Positions 13,363 through 25,902 of a stretch of DNA of 64,000 nucleotides are shown here, in pieces. Positions within the stretch are counted from its first letter, which is position 1. Every line of letters starts with the position of its first letter. The notes under the pieces are model-generated. The model was given only the letters and a program-made list of their open reading frames with translations. It was not told the origin of the DNA and ran no database searches. The position numbers and the translations under genes are program-made. Source of the DNA: the human T2T-CHM13v2.0 reference genome, Homo sapiens; assembly GCF_009914755.1 (NCBI RefSeq), contig NC_060938.1; one strand, written 5' to 3'.

Positions 13363-15504
13363 CACACATATGCCATATTTTTTATCCAGTCATCTATTGA
13401 TGACCACTTAGGTTGATTACATGATTTTGCTATTGTGAATATTACTACAGTAAACATATGAGTACAGATGTCTTTTCGATCAAATTATTTTTTTTCCTTT
13501 GGATAGATATTCAGTAGTGGAATTACTGGATCAAAGGGTAGTTCTATTTTTAGTTCCTTGAGAAATCTCCATACTGTTATCTATAGAGGTTATACTAATT
13601 TAGATTCCAACCAACAGTGTATAAATGTTCCCCTTTCTCTGCATCCTTGCCAACATCTGTTGGCTTTGTATTTTTAATAATGGCCACTGGAAGTGGTGTA
13701 AGATGGTATTTCAGTGTGGTTTTAGTTTGTATTTCTCTGGTGATTAGTGATGTTGAGAATTTTTTATATACTTGGTGGCTGCTTGCACGTCTTCTTTTGA
13801 AATATGTCTTTTGTACAATTTTAATGTTTTTTTCTTGTTTCAGTTCCTTGTAGATTCTGAATATTAGCAATTGGTTAGATGCATTGTTTGCAAATATTTT
13901 CTTCCATTCTTTATGTTGTCTGTTTACTGTTGGTTACTTCTTTTGCTGTGCAGAAACTTTTTAGCTAATTTGTTCCATTTGTCTGTTTTTGTGTTTGTTG
14001 CATTTCCTTTTGAGGACTTAGTCATAAATTCCTTGCCTAGACCGATGAACAAAAGACTTTTCTCTAGGTTTTCTTGTAATATTTTCATAATTTCAGGTTT
14101 TACATTGGTGAGAGATCGGAGTCCAGATTAATTCTTGTGCACATGGCTCTCCAATTTTCCCAGCACTATTTATTGTATAGGGTGTCCTTTGCCCAGTGCC
14201 TATTTTGTCGACTTTGTCAAAGAACAGTTGGTTGTAGATATGTGGCTTTATTTCTGGGTTTTCTATTCTGTTCCACTGATCTATGCATCTATTTTTATAA
14301 ACAAGTACATGCTGTTTGGGTTACTATAATCTTGTAGTATAATTCAAAGTGAAGTAATTTTTTACCTCCAGCTTTATTCTTTTTGCTTAGAAATGCTTTG
14401 GCTGTTCAAGCTCTTTTTTGGTTCCATATGAATATTAGGAATATTGTTTAATAACTATGTGAAAAATGACATTGGTAATTTGATAGGAATTTCATTGAAT
14501 CTGTAGACTGCATTAGACAGTATTGTCATTTTAACAATATTGATTATTCTGATCCATGAGCATGGGATGTTTTATTATTTATTTGTGTCATCTCTGATTT
14601 CTTTCATCGGTGTTTTGTAGTTCTCCTTTTGGAGATTTTTTACCTCCTTGGTTAAATTTTTTTCTATGTATTTTTTTTTGGTAGCTATTGTAAATTGGAT
14701 TGAGTTCTTGACTTGGTTCTCAACTTAATCATTATTGCTGTATAGAAATGCATATAGATTTTTGTATATTGATTTTGTATCTTAAAACTTTACAGAAGTC
14801 ATTAATCAAATCTAGGAGGGTTTTGGAAGATTTTTAGCATTGTCTTGGTATCATCAGCAAACAGGGATGATTTTACTTCCTGGTTTTTAATTTTGATCCC
14901 TTTCACTTCTTTCTACTCCCTGATTGCTCTAGCTAGGACTTCCAGTGTCTTGTTGAATAGCAATAGTGAAAGTAGGCATTCTTGTCTTGTTCCAGTTATC
15001 AGGAGGAATGCTTTCAACATTTCCTCATTCAGCATGATGTTGGCTGTAAGTTTCTCATATATTGTTTTCATTATTTTGAGGTATGTTCCTTCTATGCCTA
15101 GTTTGGTAAGAGTTTTCAATCATAAAAGAATGCAGAATTTCATCAAATGCTTTTTCTGCATCTATTGATATGATCATATCATTATTGTTTGTAATTCTGT
15201 TTATGTAGTGAATCACATATATTGACTGGCATATGTTGAATCAACCTTGCATCATGGAATAAAACTCACTTGATAATGGTGTATTATCTTTTTCATGTGT
15301 TGTTGCATTCAGTTTGTTAGTATTTTCTTGCGGATTTTTGTATGTATGTTCATCAAAGATGTTGGTCTGTATTTTTCTCTTTTGTTGTTGTTCTTGTTTC
15401 TTTTCCTGGCTTTGGAATAAGTGTAATGCCGGCTTCACAGAATGAGTTAAGGAGGATTCCCTCCTCCTTGAGTTTTTCAGCCAGTTTCAGGAGGACTGGT
15501 ATCA

Positions 15505-15575
15505 TTAGTGCAAAAGTGATTGCGGTTTTTGCCATTACTTTCAATGGCAAAATCCACAATTACTTTTGCACCTAA
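15505..15575. mobile_element. MADE1 (Hsmar1-derived MITE)
   Basis: Palindromic TTAGTGCAAAAGTGATTGCGGTTTTTGCCATT...AATGGCAAAATCCACAATTACTTTTGCACCTAA followed by TA. Confidence 0.92.
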
Positions 15576-18543
15576 TAGTTCTTCCTTGTACATCTGGTAG
15601 AATTTAGCTGTGAATCTGCCTGGTCCTGGGCTTTTTTGTTGTTGCTGTTGCTGGGAGATTTTTTTTTACTACTGATTCAAGTTCTCTATTTATTATTGGT
15701 CTGTTCAGAATTTCTATTTCTTTCTGGTTCAATATTTGGAGGTTATATGTTTCTTCTAGAAACTAGAGCTATTTCCTCTAGGTTTTCTAATTTGTCAGTG
15801 CATAGTCGTTTGCAAGTCTCTGACGATCTTCTATATTTCTGTTGCATCAGTTGTAATGACAAATTTGTCATTTCAGATAGTGCTTATTTGAATCTTATTT
15901 CTTGGCTAATCTAGCTAGCAATCTATCAATTTTGTTTATCTTTTCAAAAAAAATTTTTCATTTCACTGATGCATTTTTTTATTTATGATTTTTTTTTTGT
16001 CAACTTCATTTAGTAGTGCTCTGATGTTTGTTACTGCTTTTCTTCTAACTTTAGGTGTGGCTTGTTCTTGTTTTCCTAATCCCTTGAGGTGTGACATTAG
16101 GTTGTTAATTTGAGATCTTTCTACCTTTTTGATGTAGGGATTTAATGCTATAAATACCCCCTAAGTACTGCTTTTGCTGTATCCCAAAGGTTTGGTTGTT
16201 GTGAAGCAGATAATTTAACTTCCATGTATTATTTTGAGAGTCCCACTTAGTATTGATTTCTAGTTTTATTCCACTGTGGTTTGAGAGGTTACTTGATGTG
16301 ATTTTGATTTTTAAAAATTTATTTAGACTTGCCTTGAGGCCTAGCATACCATCAATTTTTGACTATGTCCCACACACAGATGAGAAGAATATATGTCCTG
16401 TAGTAATAGGATAGAATGTTCTTTAAATGTGTGTTAGGTCTTTTAGGTCCAGGGTACAATTTAAATCCAGAGTTTCTTTGCTGATTTTCTGCCTTGGTGA
16501 TTTCTCTAGTGCTGTCAGTTTGATACTGAAGATCGTACTATTATTGCATTGCCTTCTATTTTTTTCTTAGGTCTAGTAGTATTTGTTTTATGAATCTGGG
16601 TGCTCCAGTGTTGGATGCATATAATTTAGAGTCGTTATATCTTCTTGTTTAACTGATTCTTTATCATGACATAATGGCCTTTTAAAAAAAAACCTGTAGT
16701 GGATTTAGATTCTGTTTTATCTGATAAAAGTATAGCTACCCCTGCTTACTTTTCCTTTCCATTTGTGTGGAATAACTTTTTCCACTCCTTTACTTTGAAT
16801 CTGTAAGTGTATTTATCAGTTAGGTGGGTTTCCTGTATGCAGCCAATGGTTGGATTTTGATTTTTTAATATTTTCCAGCAGCCTATATATTTTATGTGGA
16901 CCATTTAGTTTGTTTATGTTTAAGGTTAGTGTTGATATGTGAAATTTTCTTCATAGCATAATGTTAATTGTTACCTAATTGTTTTTGCAGTCTTGATTGT
17001 GTAACTGCTTTATAAGACTGTGGGTGTTACACTTGCCTGTGTTTTTTATGATGATGAGTATTACATAAATATTCAAACACAATCCCTTAAATATTTCCCT
17101 TGCAAGTATGATGATCTCCATGTCTGAATCATGGACTCAGTCATCCCTAACTGTTGCCTATTCTGGATTCAGTACCACCTGCCACTGCTGCAGAACCTCT
17201 AAGGCATGCTCCAGGATCCTAAGCTTTCTTCTTCTATATGACATCTTTATGTCCCGAAATTCTGCATCTGGAAGGTCACAATCGCTTCTTTCAAACAACC
17301 TTCTCTACCACCTGTCCCCTTGCATTAGTCTGTGTTTCAGGTGTCATATCTAGGGGTGGTGATAAGTGTTCTCCTGACACAGGTTACTGCAACTGTGGCT
17401 TCCAAGTACCTTTCCTCTCCTTAAAAAACCAAAATCAACATAGGGACTTAAAAGATCATCTTTGATGAATCTCTTCCAAATTTTTATTTTGTGAATAGAA
17501 GAGACACAAACAGAATCAGTAAAGTATTAGAAGGTATATATATTCCTCTTTTCCTTCCTTTTGTGAACAGTTTATAACTTTCCAAGGGTTTTCAAAGTCA
17601 TTCTCATCACAACACACTAATGTGCCCTATGTCAGTGACTCCTGAAAGACCATGCTCTTTCCTGAATACCAATCAAATTTTCAGCAATTGTCTCGAAATT
17701 GTTTTGCCCCATTCTGATCAACAACAACCAAACCTTGAAGCAGATCTGGTTTTGGTGGGGATGGTAGTAAATCCTAGTAAATCTCTACATGCAGTAGATA
17801 TAAAATACAGTCCACAAACTTATATGAACAAAAAATAACAAACTATTTCAATTCCTTTAAATCAAATCAAACCCTGAGCCCTCAGTCTTTTCAAATATAA
17901 GTGCAGCTCTTTTTCCCAGGTTGGTTCAAAGATACAGGGCCAAGGAGATCCCTCCATGCATATTACTGACTCACAGTAGCTTACACTCTGATGCCCATTG
18001 TCCAGTCTACATGGATCCTATAGATCAGATGGTTCTACTTCTGTGCCTATGTAGAATCCAGGAACATTTACCAAGGTCAGAATGTTCATTCCCTATGTTC
18101 CTATCTCCTTAAATAAATCATACACACAGGGCCCTTCTAGGACTTATTTAGAAATAAATCCTTCTAGGGCCCATTATCCCTTGGAGGGACTCACACTAAA
18201 TAAGTCCTGCTCCCCAGATCCTCCTCTACTTTCATATCAAACTGCTGACTTTGGCTTTGAATAAATTAGTCACTCTTTTCTCATTGATATTGCCAGCCCT
18301 ATACACAAGTCTTCAACAAGGAAAAAACTTATTAAACGCTATCTTCAGTGAACAGGGTAGGAAAAATATTACATGATAATATTTTAATAAATTATCTGCT
18401 GGTGTTATAAATGACCCATTCATCCTCTTCATTACTGTAGCACACTGTACCTTATTACTTCTGGCCTTGTGATATCTGTGTGTGTGAATATGTTGTGCAT
18501 ACACACATATACGTCTTTATTTTTCTAACAGTTAATAAGATTT

Positions 18544-18869
18544 TGTATTAGTCCGTTTTCACACTGCTGATAAAGACATACCTACGACTGGGAAGAAAAA
18601 GAAGTTTAATTGGACTTACAGTTGCACATGGCAGGGGAGGCCTCAGAATCACGGCAGGAGGTGAAAGGCACTTCTTACATGGTGGCAGCAAGAGAAAATG
18701 AGGAAGAAACAAAAGCAGAAACCCCTGATAAACCCATCAGCTCTCATGAGACTTATTCACTATCCCAAGAATAGCACGGGAAAGACTGGCCCCCATGATT
18801 CAATTACCTCCCCCTAGGTCCCTCCCACAAGATGAGATTAGGGTGGGGACACAGAGTTAAACCATATCA
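18544..18869 (-). mobile_element. THE1A/THE1B solo LTR (MaLR)
   Basis: TGTATTAGTCCGTTTTCAC...AAACCATATCA with perfect 5-bp TSD GATTT (18539-18543, 18870-18874). Confidence 0.93.
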
Positions 18870-20007
18870 GATTTGTAAAGGCAGTCAATATAAATTCTTT
18901 TATAATCCCTCATAATAATGATCATAAAATAGACTCTGAATAACTATTTAAAAAGTGAATGGATATGTGTTTATAAAATAATGCTATTTTAACTTTTAAA
19001 TGTAGATGATGCTTTCCAAGTAGAAAAAAATAAAACTAAAAAAGCTGATAAAGCAATTCATTTTATCCTAAAGTTGTTTAACTATCAACAAACATCGTTC
19101 TAACTGTACATGCTCAAAGTATTAAATGTGGTGTAGAGTATTATATATATGACCAAACTGGGTAATAGGCCAAGAATCATTATTTAGAATTAGTAGCTCA
19201 CTCATTGGGAAGATGTCCTTGTCTCAAGGCTATCAGGAAACCAATTTACATTCTTATCTCCCAAACCAAAAGATCTTGAATTGTTGTCTAAGACAAGTAT
19301 AAACAAGATCTAGGTCTATGGACCTAGAAATGTTATACTGCAAGTTTCCTTCCTAAGGACAAACACCGTGTCCTTACCACCAAAAGCTAATGAGATGACA
19401 GTAATGTGTGGATATATTATGGATTCATTGCACTGACCTTCACAAAACTGCATATTGCTTTGCTTGTAGCTTTTCACAACAAATTTTATATGTCTAGTTC
19501 ACCCTAGTAAGGCTAGCAAGTATCTTCGTTTAGAGAACTGAAATTTGTTTCACATTTAAATCAAGAGACAAGTAACATAAGGAAATATTTCACAGAAACA
19601 TAAAATTTCTTAAGAGTTTGGGGCGCAACTTTTTCCCTTATTTTATGCTTCTAAACATTAATTATTACAGGGCATTCATATTGAAATACACAACAGGACA
19701 AGATGAACTATGTTTAGGCTTCTTAGAAATACATTTGCTTTCATTAAAGAACCACATTCTTCTTCTATCTTAACCTTAAGTCATCTTGTCACATTGTTAA
19801 ATTAAGACATTTCCTAAATATTTTAGTGTCAAATAAAACCATCGCCCTCATTAGCTTGAGGAAATGGAAAAGATCAAATTGATGAGAAGTGTCAAGAGTT
19901 CTCAGTTTTCCATTTTGATTGTGGCAAATAGCCCAGCTCCATGCTAGTCATTAATAGCAAAAGCAAACTTACAATGCTTATGTTCACACACATACCAGTA
20001 TTAGAGA

Positions 20008-20032
20008 GTGTGTGTGTGTGTGTGTCTGTGTG
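20008..20032 (+). repeat. (TG)n microsatellite
   Basis: Short GT run with one interruption. Confidence 0.85.
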
Positions 20033-21160
20033 ATGCTGTTGATGTTTTGAACTCTCCCTTAGGCATCTGGTATTCAAGCTTTCTCAGCATTTTTTACTTG
20101 AGAAGAAATCATTTTGGGAAAGCATTAAAAACACAGCAAATATCAGTGTAACATAAACAACATTCTTAATCCTACAGCAATGTGATTTGGCCCTGGACAC
20201 CTGCTCTCCAAAAAAAATAAACTGAGATTACATTTTATTTTGAATCCACCAAAATATATTTTTATGTCATTTGCTTAGTAATGGACTAAATATGCAAATC
20301 CTTGAGGTATTCATTTCCCTACTTCAATACCAACAATAAAATAAAATCCCTTGATCCAGGCAGCAAATGTTAATAAACTTCTCATACGTGGTAATTATTG
20401 CTGACCACAAAATTCCAGTCCTAGCAGCATCCCAGTAAACAAAAAGTGTTACTAGGCCTATGGAAGAGGATAAATTCTACTGAATAATCATGCAAGAAGG
20501 AGATAAGATTGAATACGGAGGAAAAGGGAGTTCTAACAATACATGGGACTTACATTTTAAGGAAAGGTTAGACAAAAGCATGAGGGCATAACTAATAAAT
20601 CATTTTGAATTTTATGACTCAAAGTTTGGCTTACAAACTGTATGCTGGAATTGCATTTCCCCACTTCTTTGATGAGGACAAATCTCTTTTTAACTGCAGT
20701 GAACATTCAGCAGCTCAACGTATGGCATGATCATTAAATCAATGAGCCAGCTTTTAGAAGCAGCCTTATGATAATGAGCCACTCACAGTTATCTCCCTTT
20801 GTAGTACTCAGCCATCATTTTCTTTTACTTTGCTCTTCTGACCTCAGCATCAGTACTTTATTTTACTACTACAAAGAAGATATTTTGAGAGCCAATTTAA
20901 CCTTTAGCTGCACATTCTCCAACTATGATTTTACCCCAGAATGTCAAAGAATGTTCTTAAAGAAGAAAGCTGAAAGAATAAAACTTCTTGTTCTGTGTTC
21001 AACATTTTTCACTGACACTAGATCCTTCATTTGCATAAGTTCTTAGATAACCAAAACAATCAACAAATATTTATTATGCGTCAGCTTTACACAAGGCACT
21101 GAGGTAGCTACAGAGGGTACACAGATGAACAAATCACATTCTAACCATCTAAAAGCTTAA

Positions 21161-21460
21161 CAGTTGTCCCTCAGTATCCACAGGAGACTGTTTCCAGGAC
21201 CCCCACAAATTCCGAAATCCACAGATGCTCAAGGCCTCTATGAAAATGATGTAGTAATTGCATATAATCTATGCACATCCCCCCATATATTTTAAATCAT
21301 CTCTGGATTGCTTATAACAGCTAATACAATATAAATACTGTGTAAATTGTTGTTCTACTGCATTTTTATTTGTATTCCTACTGTTGTATTGTTATTTATT
21401 TATTAAAATATTTTTGATCCTTGGTTGGTTGGATCTGCAGATGCATAGGACCCAAATGTA
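21161..21460. mobile_element. MER2 (TcMar-Tigger MITE)
   Basis: CAGTTGTCCCTCAGTATCCACAGGAGACTGTTTCCAGGACCCCC...GGTTGGTTGGATCTGCAGATGC. Confidence 0.85.
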
Positions 21461-21467
21461 CTATAAT

Positions 21468-21635
21468 TCGAGAATGGCAAATATGTAGCAGACATGCCAT
21501 TATTCACATCTCCTGGGCCAGTGCAGATATTTCTAATAAATGTGAGTATAATATCCTGCTGATCTCCAGGGTTACCTCGGAGTCCTTCTCAATGCTTGCA
21601 ATCAGCATCCAAGATGAAATTTATCTACTACGGAT
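21468..21635. mobile_element. hAT-Charlie MITE (MER117-like)
   Basis: ATGGCAAATATGTAGCA...GAGTCCTTCTCAA...GATGAAATTTATCT resembles the remembered consensus. Confidence 0.5.
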
Positions 21636-22403
21636 GATCCAAATGAAGACATTGGATAGCTATTAAAGAAAACAACTGACATATAGTATAAGGTGTACTT
21701 TTAATGAATGACAGAAATTAAGTGCCATAGAATGGCAAAGGAAGAATCACCCACTAAGGATGGAAAAAGGAATTTTTCCAAAGGATTTAGGACCTCTGTC
21801 ATGTGGCTTCAAAAGACAAATTGAATTTAGCTAGAGAAAATGAAGGAAAATAGTTCAGATAAGAAGAATGGCAACAAAGACAGAGGCAATAATGAGCAAA
21901 ACAAGCTTAGGGAATAGTTGAGGGCGGGTTAGCTTGACTAGAGCAAAGATTTATGTGGAGAATAGCAGTAAATACAATTAGAAAGGAAGTTTGGGAGTCA
22001 ATTGCAAAGGTCCCCAAATGCCATGCTTGAGTGCTTGAGCTTTTATCTACTTATTCAATCCTAACTTGAATTGACTAAAATCCAAAGTAGCTATAATTGG
22101 GTTGATAGCTCAAGATACCCAAAATAGAGTTTGAGGTACTTGTTCTCCACTGATCCCTCAGCAGCTCCAGTTTCAGCCCTTCTCTACTTTGTTCTGTGTC
22201 ACAGAATGCTAAGCTCTTTGGAATGTAACCTAGGCTCTTTCTTGCCCTCCAACTTCTAAATGGTTTCAGTAAAGGTGCCAAGAGAAGATCAGAAGGCAGG
22301 ATGAGAATGCAAGTGTTTATTAAAACCCCCACACCCTCTCTGCTAGGCTGTGATTTTGGCAGTGGCTTGGTTCCTCTATATAAGGTGGCCTCTCATCTAC
22401 CAC

Positions 22404-24694
22404 TGTATTAGTTTGTTTTCATGCTGCTATGAAGAAATACCCAAAACTAGGTAATGAATAAAGGAAAGAGGTTTAATTGACTCACATTTCCACAGGACTA
22501 GAGAAGCCTCAGGACACTTATAATCATGGTGGAAGAAGAAGCAAATACATCCTTCGTCATGTGGTGGGAGGAAGAAGTGCCCAGCAGAGGGAGGAAAACC
22601 CTTTATAAAACCATCAGATCTTGTGATAACTCACTCACTATCAGAAGAACAGCACGAGGGTAACCGTCCCCATGATTCAATTACCTCCCACCAGGTTCTC
22701 CCATGACATGGGGGGATTGTGGGAACTATAATTCAAAAGGAGATTTAGGTGAGGACACAGCCAAACTATATTATTCCACCCCTGGCCCCTCCCAAATCTC
22801 ATCCTCACATTTCAAAACATAATCATGACTTTCCAACAGTCCCCGAAAGTCTTAGCTCACTCCAGCATTTACCCAAAAGTCCAAGTCCAAAGTTTCACCT
22901 GAGACAAGGCAAGATCCTTCCACCTACGAGCTTGTAAAATCAAAAGCAAGTTAGTTACTTCCTACATACAGTTGGGGTACAGGCACTGGGTAAATACACC
23001 CATTCCAAATGGGAGAAATCAGTCAAAACAAGGGGGCTATAGGCCCATGAAAGTCCAAAATCCAGTAGGGCAATTATTAAACCTTAAAGTTTCAAAATAA
23101 TATCCTTTGACTTCATGTCTCACATCCAGGTCATGCTGATCTAAGAGATGGGCCCCCACAGCCTTGAGCAGCTCCATTCCTGTGGCTTTGCATGGTACAG
23201 CCCCATCCTGGCTGCTTTCACAGGCTGGTGTTGGGTGTCTAAGGCTTTTCCAAGCCCACTGTGCAAGCTGGCAGTGGATGTACCATTCTGGGGTCTGGAG
23301 GAAGGTAGCGTTCTTCTCACAGCTCAACTAGGCAGTGCCCCAGAGGAGACTCTGTGTGGGTGCTCCAACTGATATTTCCCTTCCACACTGCCCCAGTAGA
23401 GGTTCTCAATTAAGGTTCCACCCCTGCAGCAAACTTGTGCCTGGACACCCAAATGTTTCCATACATCCTCTGAAATCCAGGCAGAGGTTCCCAAACCTCA
23501 ATTCTTGACTTTGGTGTACCTGCAGGCCCAATACCATGCAAAAGCTGCCAAGGCATAGAACTTGCACCCTCTGAAGCAACAGCCTGAGCTGTATGATGGC
23601 CCATTTTAGCCACAGCTGGAGCTGAAACAGCTAGGATGCAGGGCACCAGGTCCTGAGGCTGCACAGAGCATTGAGGCCCCCAGCCCAGGAAACCATTTTT
23701 CTCTCCTAGGCTCTGGACATGTGATGGGAGAGGCTGCTGTGAAGGTATCTGACATAACCTGGAGACATTTTCCCCATGGTCTTGGGAATTAACATTAGGC
23801 TCCTTGCTACTTATGCAAATTTCTGCAGCCAGCTTGAATTTCTCCCCAGAAAATGGGTTTTTCTTTTCTATCACATTGTCAGGCTACAAATTTTCCAAAG
23901 TTTTATGTTTTTTATGTTCTGCTGCTTCTTGAACACTTTGCCACTAAGAAATTTCTTCCACCAGCTACCCTAAATCATCTCTCTCAAGTTCAAAGTTCCA
24001 CAAATCTCTAGTACAGTGGCAAAATGCCACCCGTCTCTTTGTTAAAGCATAGCAAGAATCACCTTTATTCCAGTTCCCAAGAAGTTCCTCATCTCATGTG
24101 AGATCACCTTAGCTGGTCTTCATCGTCCATATCATTATCAGCAATTTGGTCGAAGCCACTCAACAAGTCTCTCGGAAGTTCCAAACTTTCCCACATTTTC
24201 CTGTCTTCTTCTGAGCTCTCCAGACTGTTCCAACCTCTGCCTGTTACCTAGCTCTAAAGCTGCTTCCACATTTTTGGGTATCCTTATAGCAGCACCCCAC
24301 TACCTCCCAGTACCAATTTACTATAGTAGTCTGTTCTTATGCTGCTATGAGGAAATACCCGAGACTGGGTAATTTATAAAGGAAAGAGGCTTAATTGACT
24401 TGCAGTACCGCAGGAATGAGGAGGCCTCAGGAAACTTGGAATCATGGTGGAAGGGGAAGCAAATACATCCTTCTTCACCTGGCAACAGGAACGATAGTGC
24501 CTAGCAAAGGGGGAAAAGCCCTTTATAAAACATCAGATCTCATGATAACTTACTCAATATCATGAGAAAAGCATGGGGGGTAACCACACCTGTGATTCAA
24601 TTACGTCCCACAGGGTCCCTTCCACGACATGTGGGGATTATGGGAACTACAATTCAAGATAAGATATGGGTGAGGACACATCCAAACAATATCA
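22404..24694 (-). mobile_element. Full-length THE1C MaLR element (LTR 22404-22773, internal 22774-24321, LTR 24322-24694)
   Basis: Two homologous direct LTRs of about 370 bp, THE1 internal sequence, TSD ACCAC/GCCAC. Confidence 0.95.
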
Positions 24695-24794
24695 GCCACT
24701 AGATCTCTCAACAAGTTCCAATAATTCTCCTCCCTCTCCTTGCCCTTTTAGGCATAGAACTGGTAACAGCACCTTGTTGCTAATTGCTAGGTAC

Positions 24795-25547
24795 TGAGGA
24801 CTAAGCTCTGATTTTCTACCTTGCCCAAATTCCTACCTAGGGGGTCTAGGGAGTCATACCCTACAAACCATAAATTCTCATCAGATGGGTTTTATTTGAC
24901 CCTATATATTGTGACTTAACTTTTCAGTCTGACTCTGGCATAACATTATGAGACACGGAAAAAATATTTAACCCAGAATATATTTCCTTGCCATACCTTA
25001 AAATTTTCCTGCAAAGTCTCTTGTGAGGAAAATCCACATCTTATAGAGAATCCCCTTTCTTCTTTGTTTTCTTTCCTTTCTTTCCAGATTCAGGAGAAAA
25101 TCAACTAAAAGCCAGGCACCCTTTTAGATCCAATAAGAAATATTTTACAATCCGCTGTATCTCTGCATTCTGCTATCTGAGAGATTCCTCTGCACAATAA
25201 AACTTGGTCTCCACAATCCTCTATGTTAACCTGAACATTCCTTTCCATTGGTCTCAGGTCTTCACATAAACTCAAACAATTGTCAACCAGAAACTGTCTA
25301 AATTTACATATAGCCTAGAAGCCCCCACTTTGAGTTGTCTCACCTTTCTGAACAAAACCACTTTCTAAATGTATTTGATTGATGTCTCATGACTCCCTAA
25401 AATATATAAAACCAGGCTATACCCTGACCACCTTGGGCACATGTTCTCAGGATCTCTGATGTTGGCTGTCACCGGCCAACATCACTCATATTTGGCTCAG
25501 AATAAATCTCTTCAAATATTTTACAGAGTTTGACTCTTTTGTCAACA
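24795..25547 (+). mobile_element. MER4 (D/E-like) solo LTR, ERV1
   Basis: TGAGGACTAAGCTCTGATTTT...AATAAATCTCTTCAAATATTTTACAGAGTTTGACTCTTTTGTCAACA; 4-bp TSD GTAC/CTAC. Confidence 0.88.
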
Positions 25548-25609
25548 CTACTTTACCACCTTTTTTAAGTTAGTTTTCTTAACCTGCCACATCTCCATAA
25601 ATTATCCCC

Positions 25610-25902
<293 letters not shown>

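Larger units (their letters stand above)
12962..17062 (-). mobile_element. LINE-1 (L1PB-like), about 4.1 kb, ORF2 and 3' UTR with deletions; hosts a MADE1 and a (GATA)n
   Basis: Minus-strand fragments [61 protein letters not shown]. Confidence 0.93.
21055..22050 (-). mobile_element. L2 fragments, interrupted by MER2 and a hAT MITE
   Basis: CAACAAATATTTATT start; purine-rich antisense L2 sequence at about 21700-22050. Confidence 0.6.

Noticed and set aside
18129-18173. Imperfect hairpin GGGCCCT...TTATTT-AG-AAATAA...AGGGCCC
   Set aside because: Short, interrupted stem with a 2-nt loop; not pre-miRNA-like
23037-23973. Several ORFs up to 154 aa
   Set aside because: Fragments of the decayed THE1 internal region, broken by frameshifts; not a host gene
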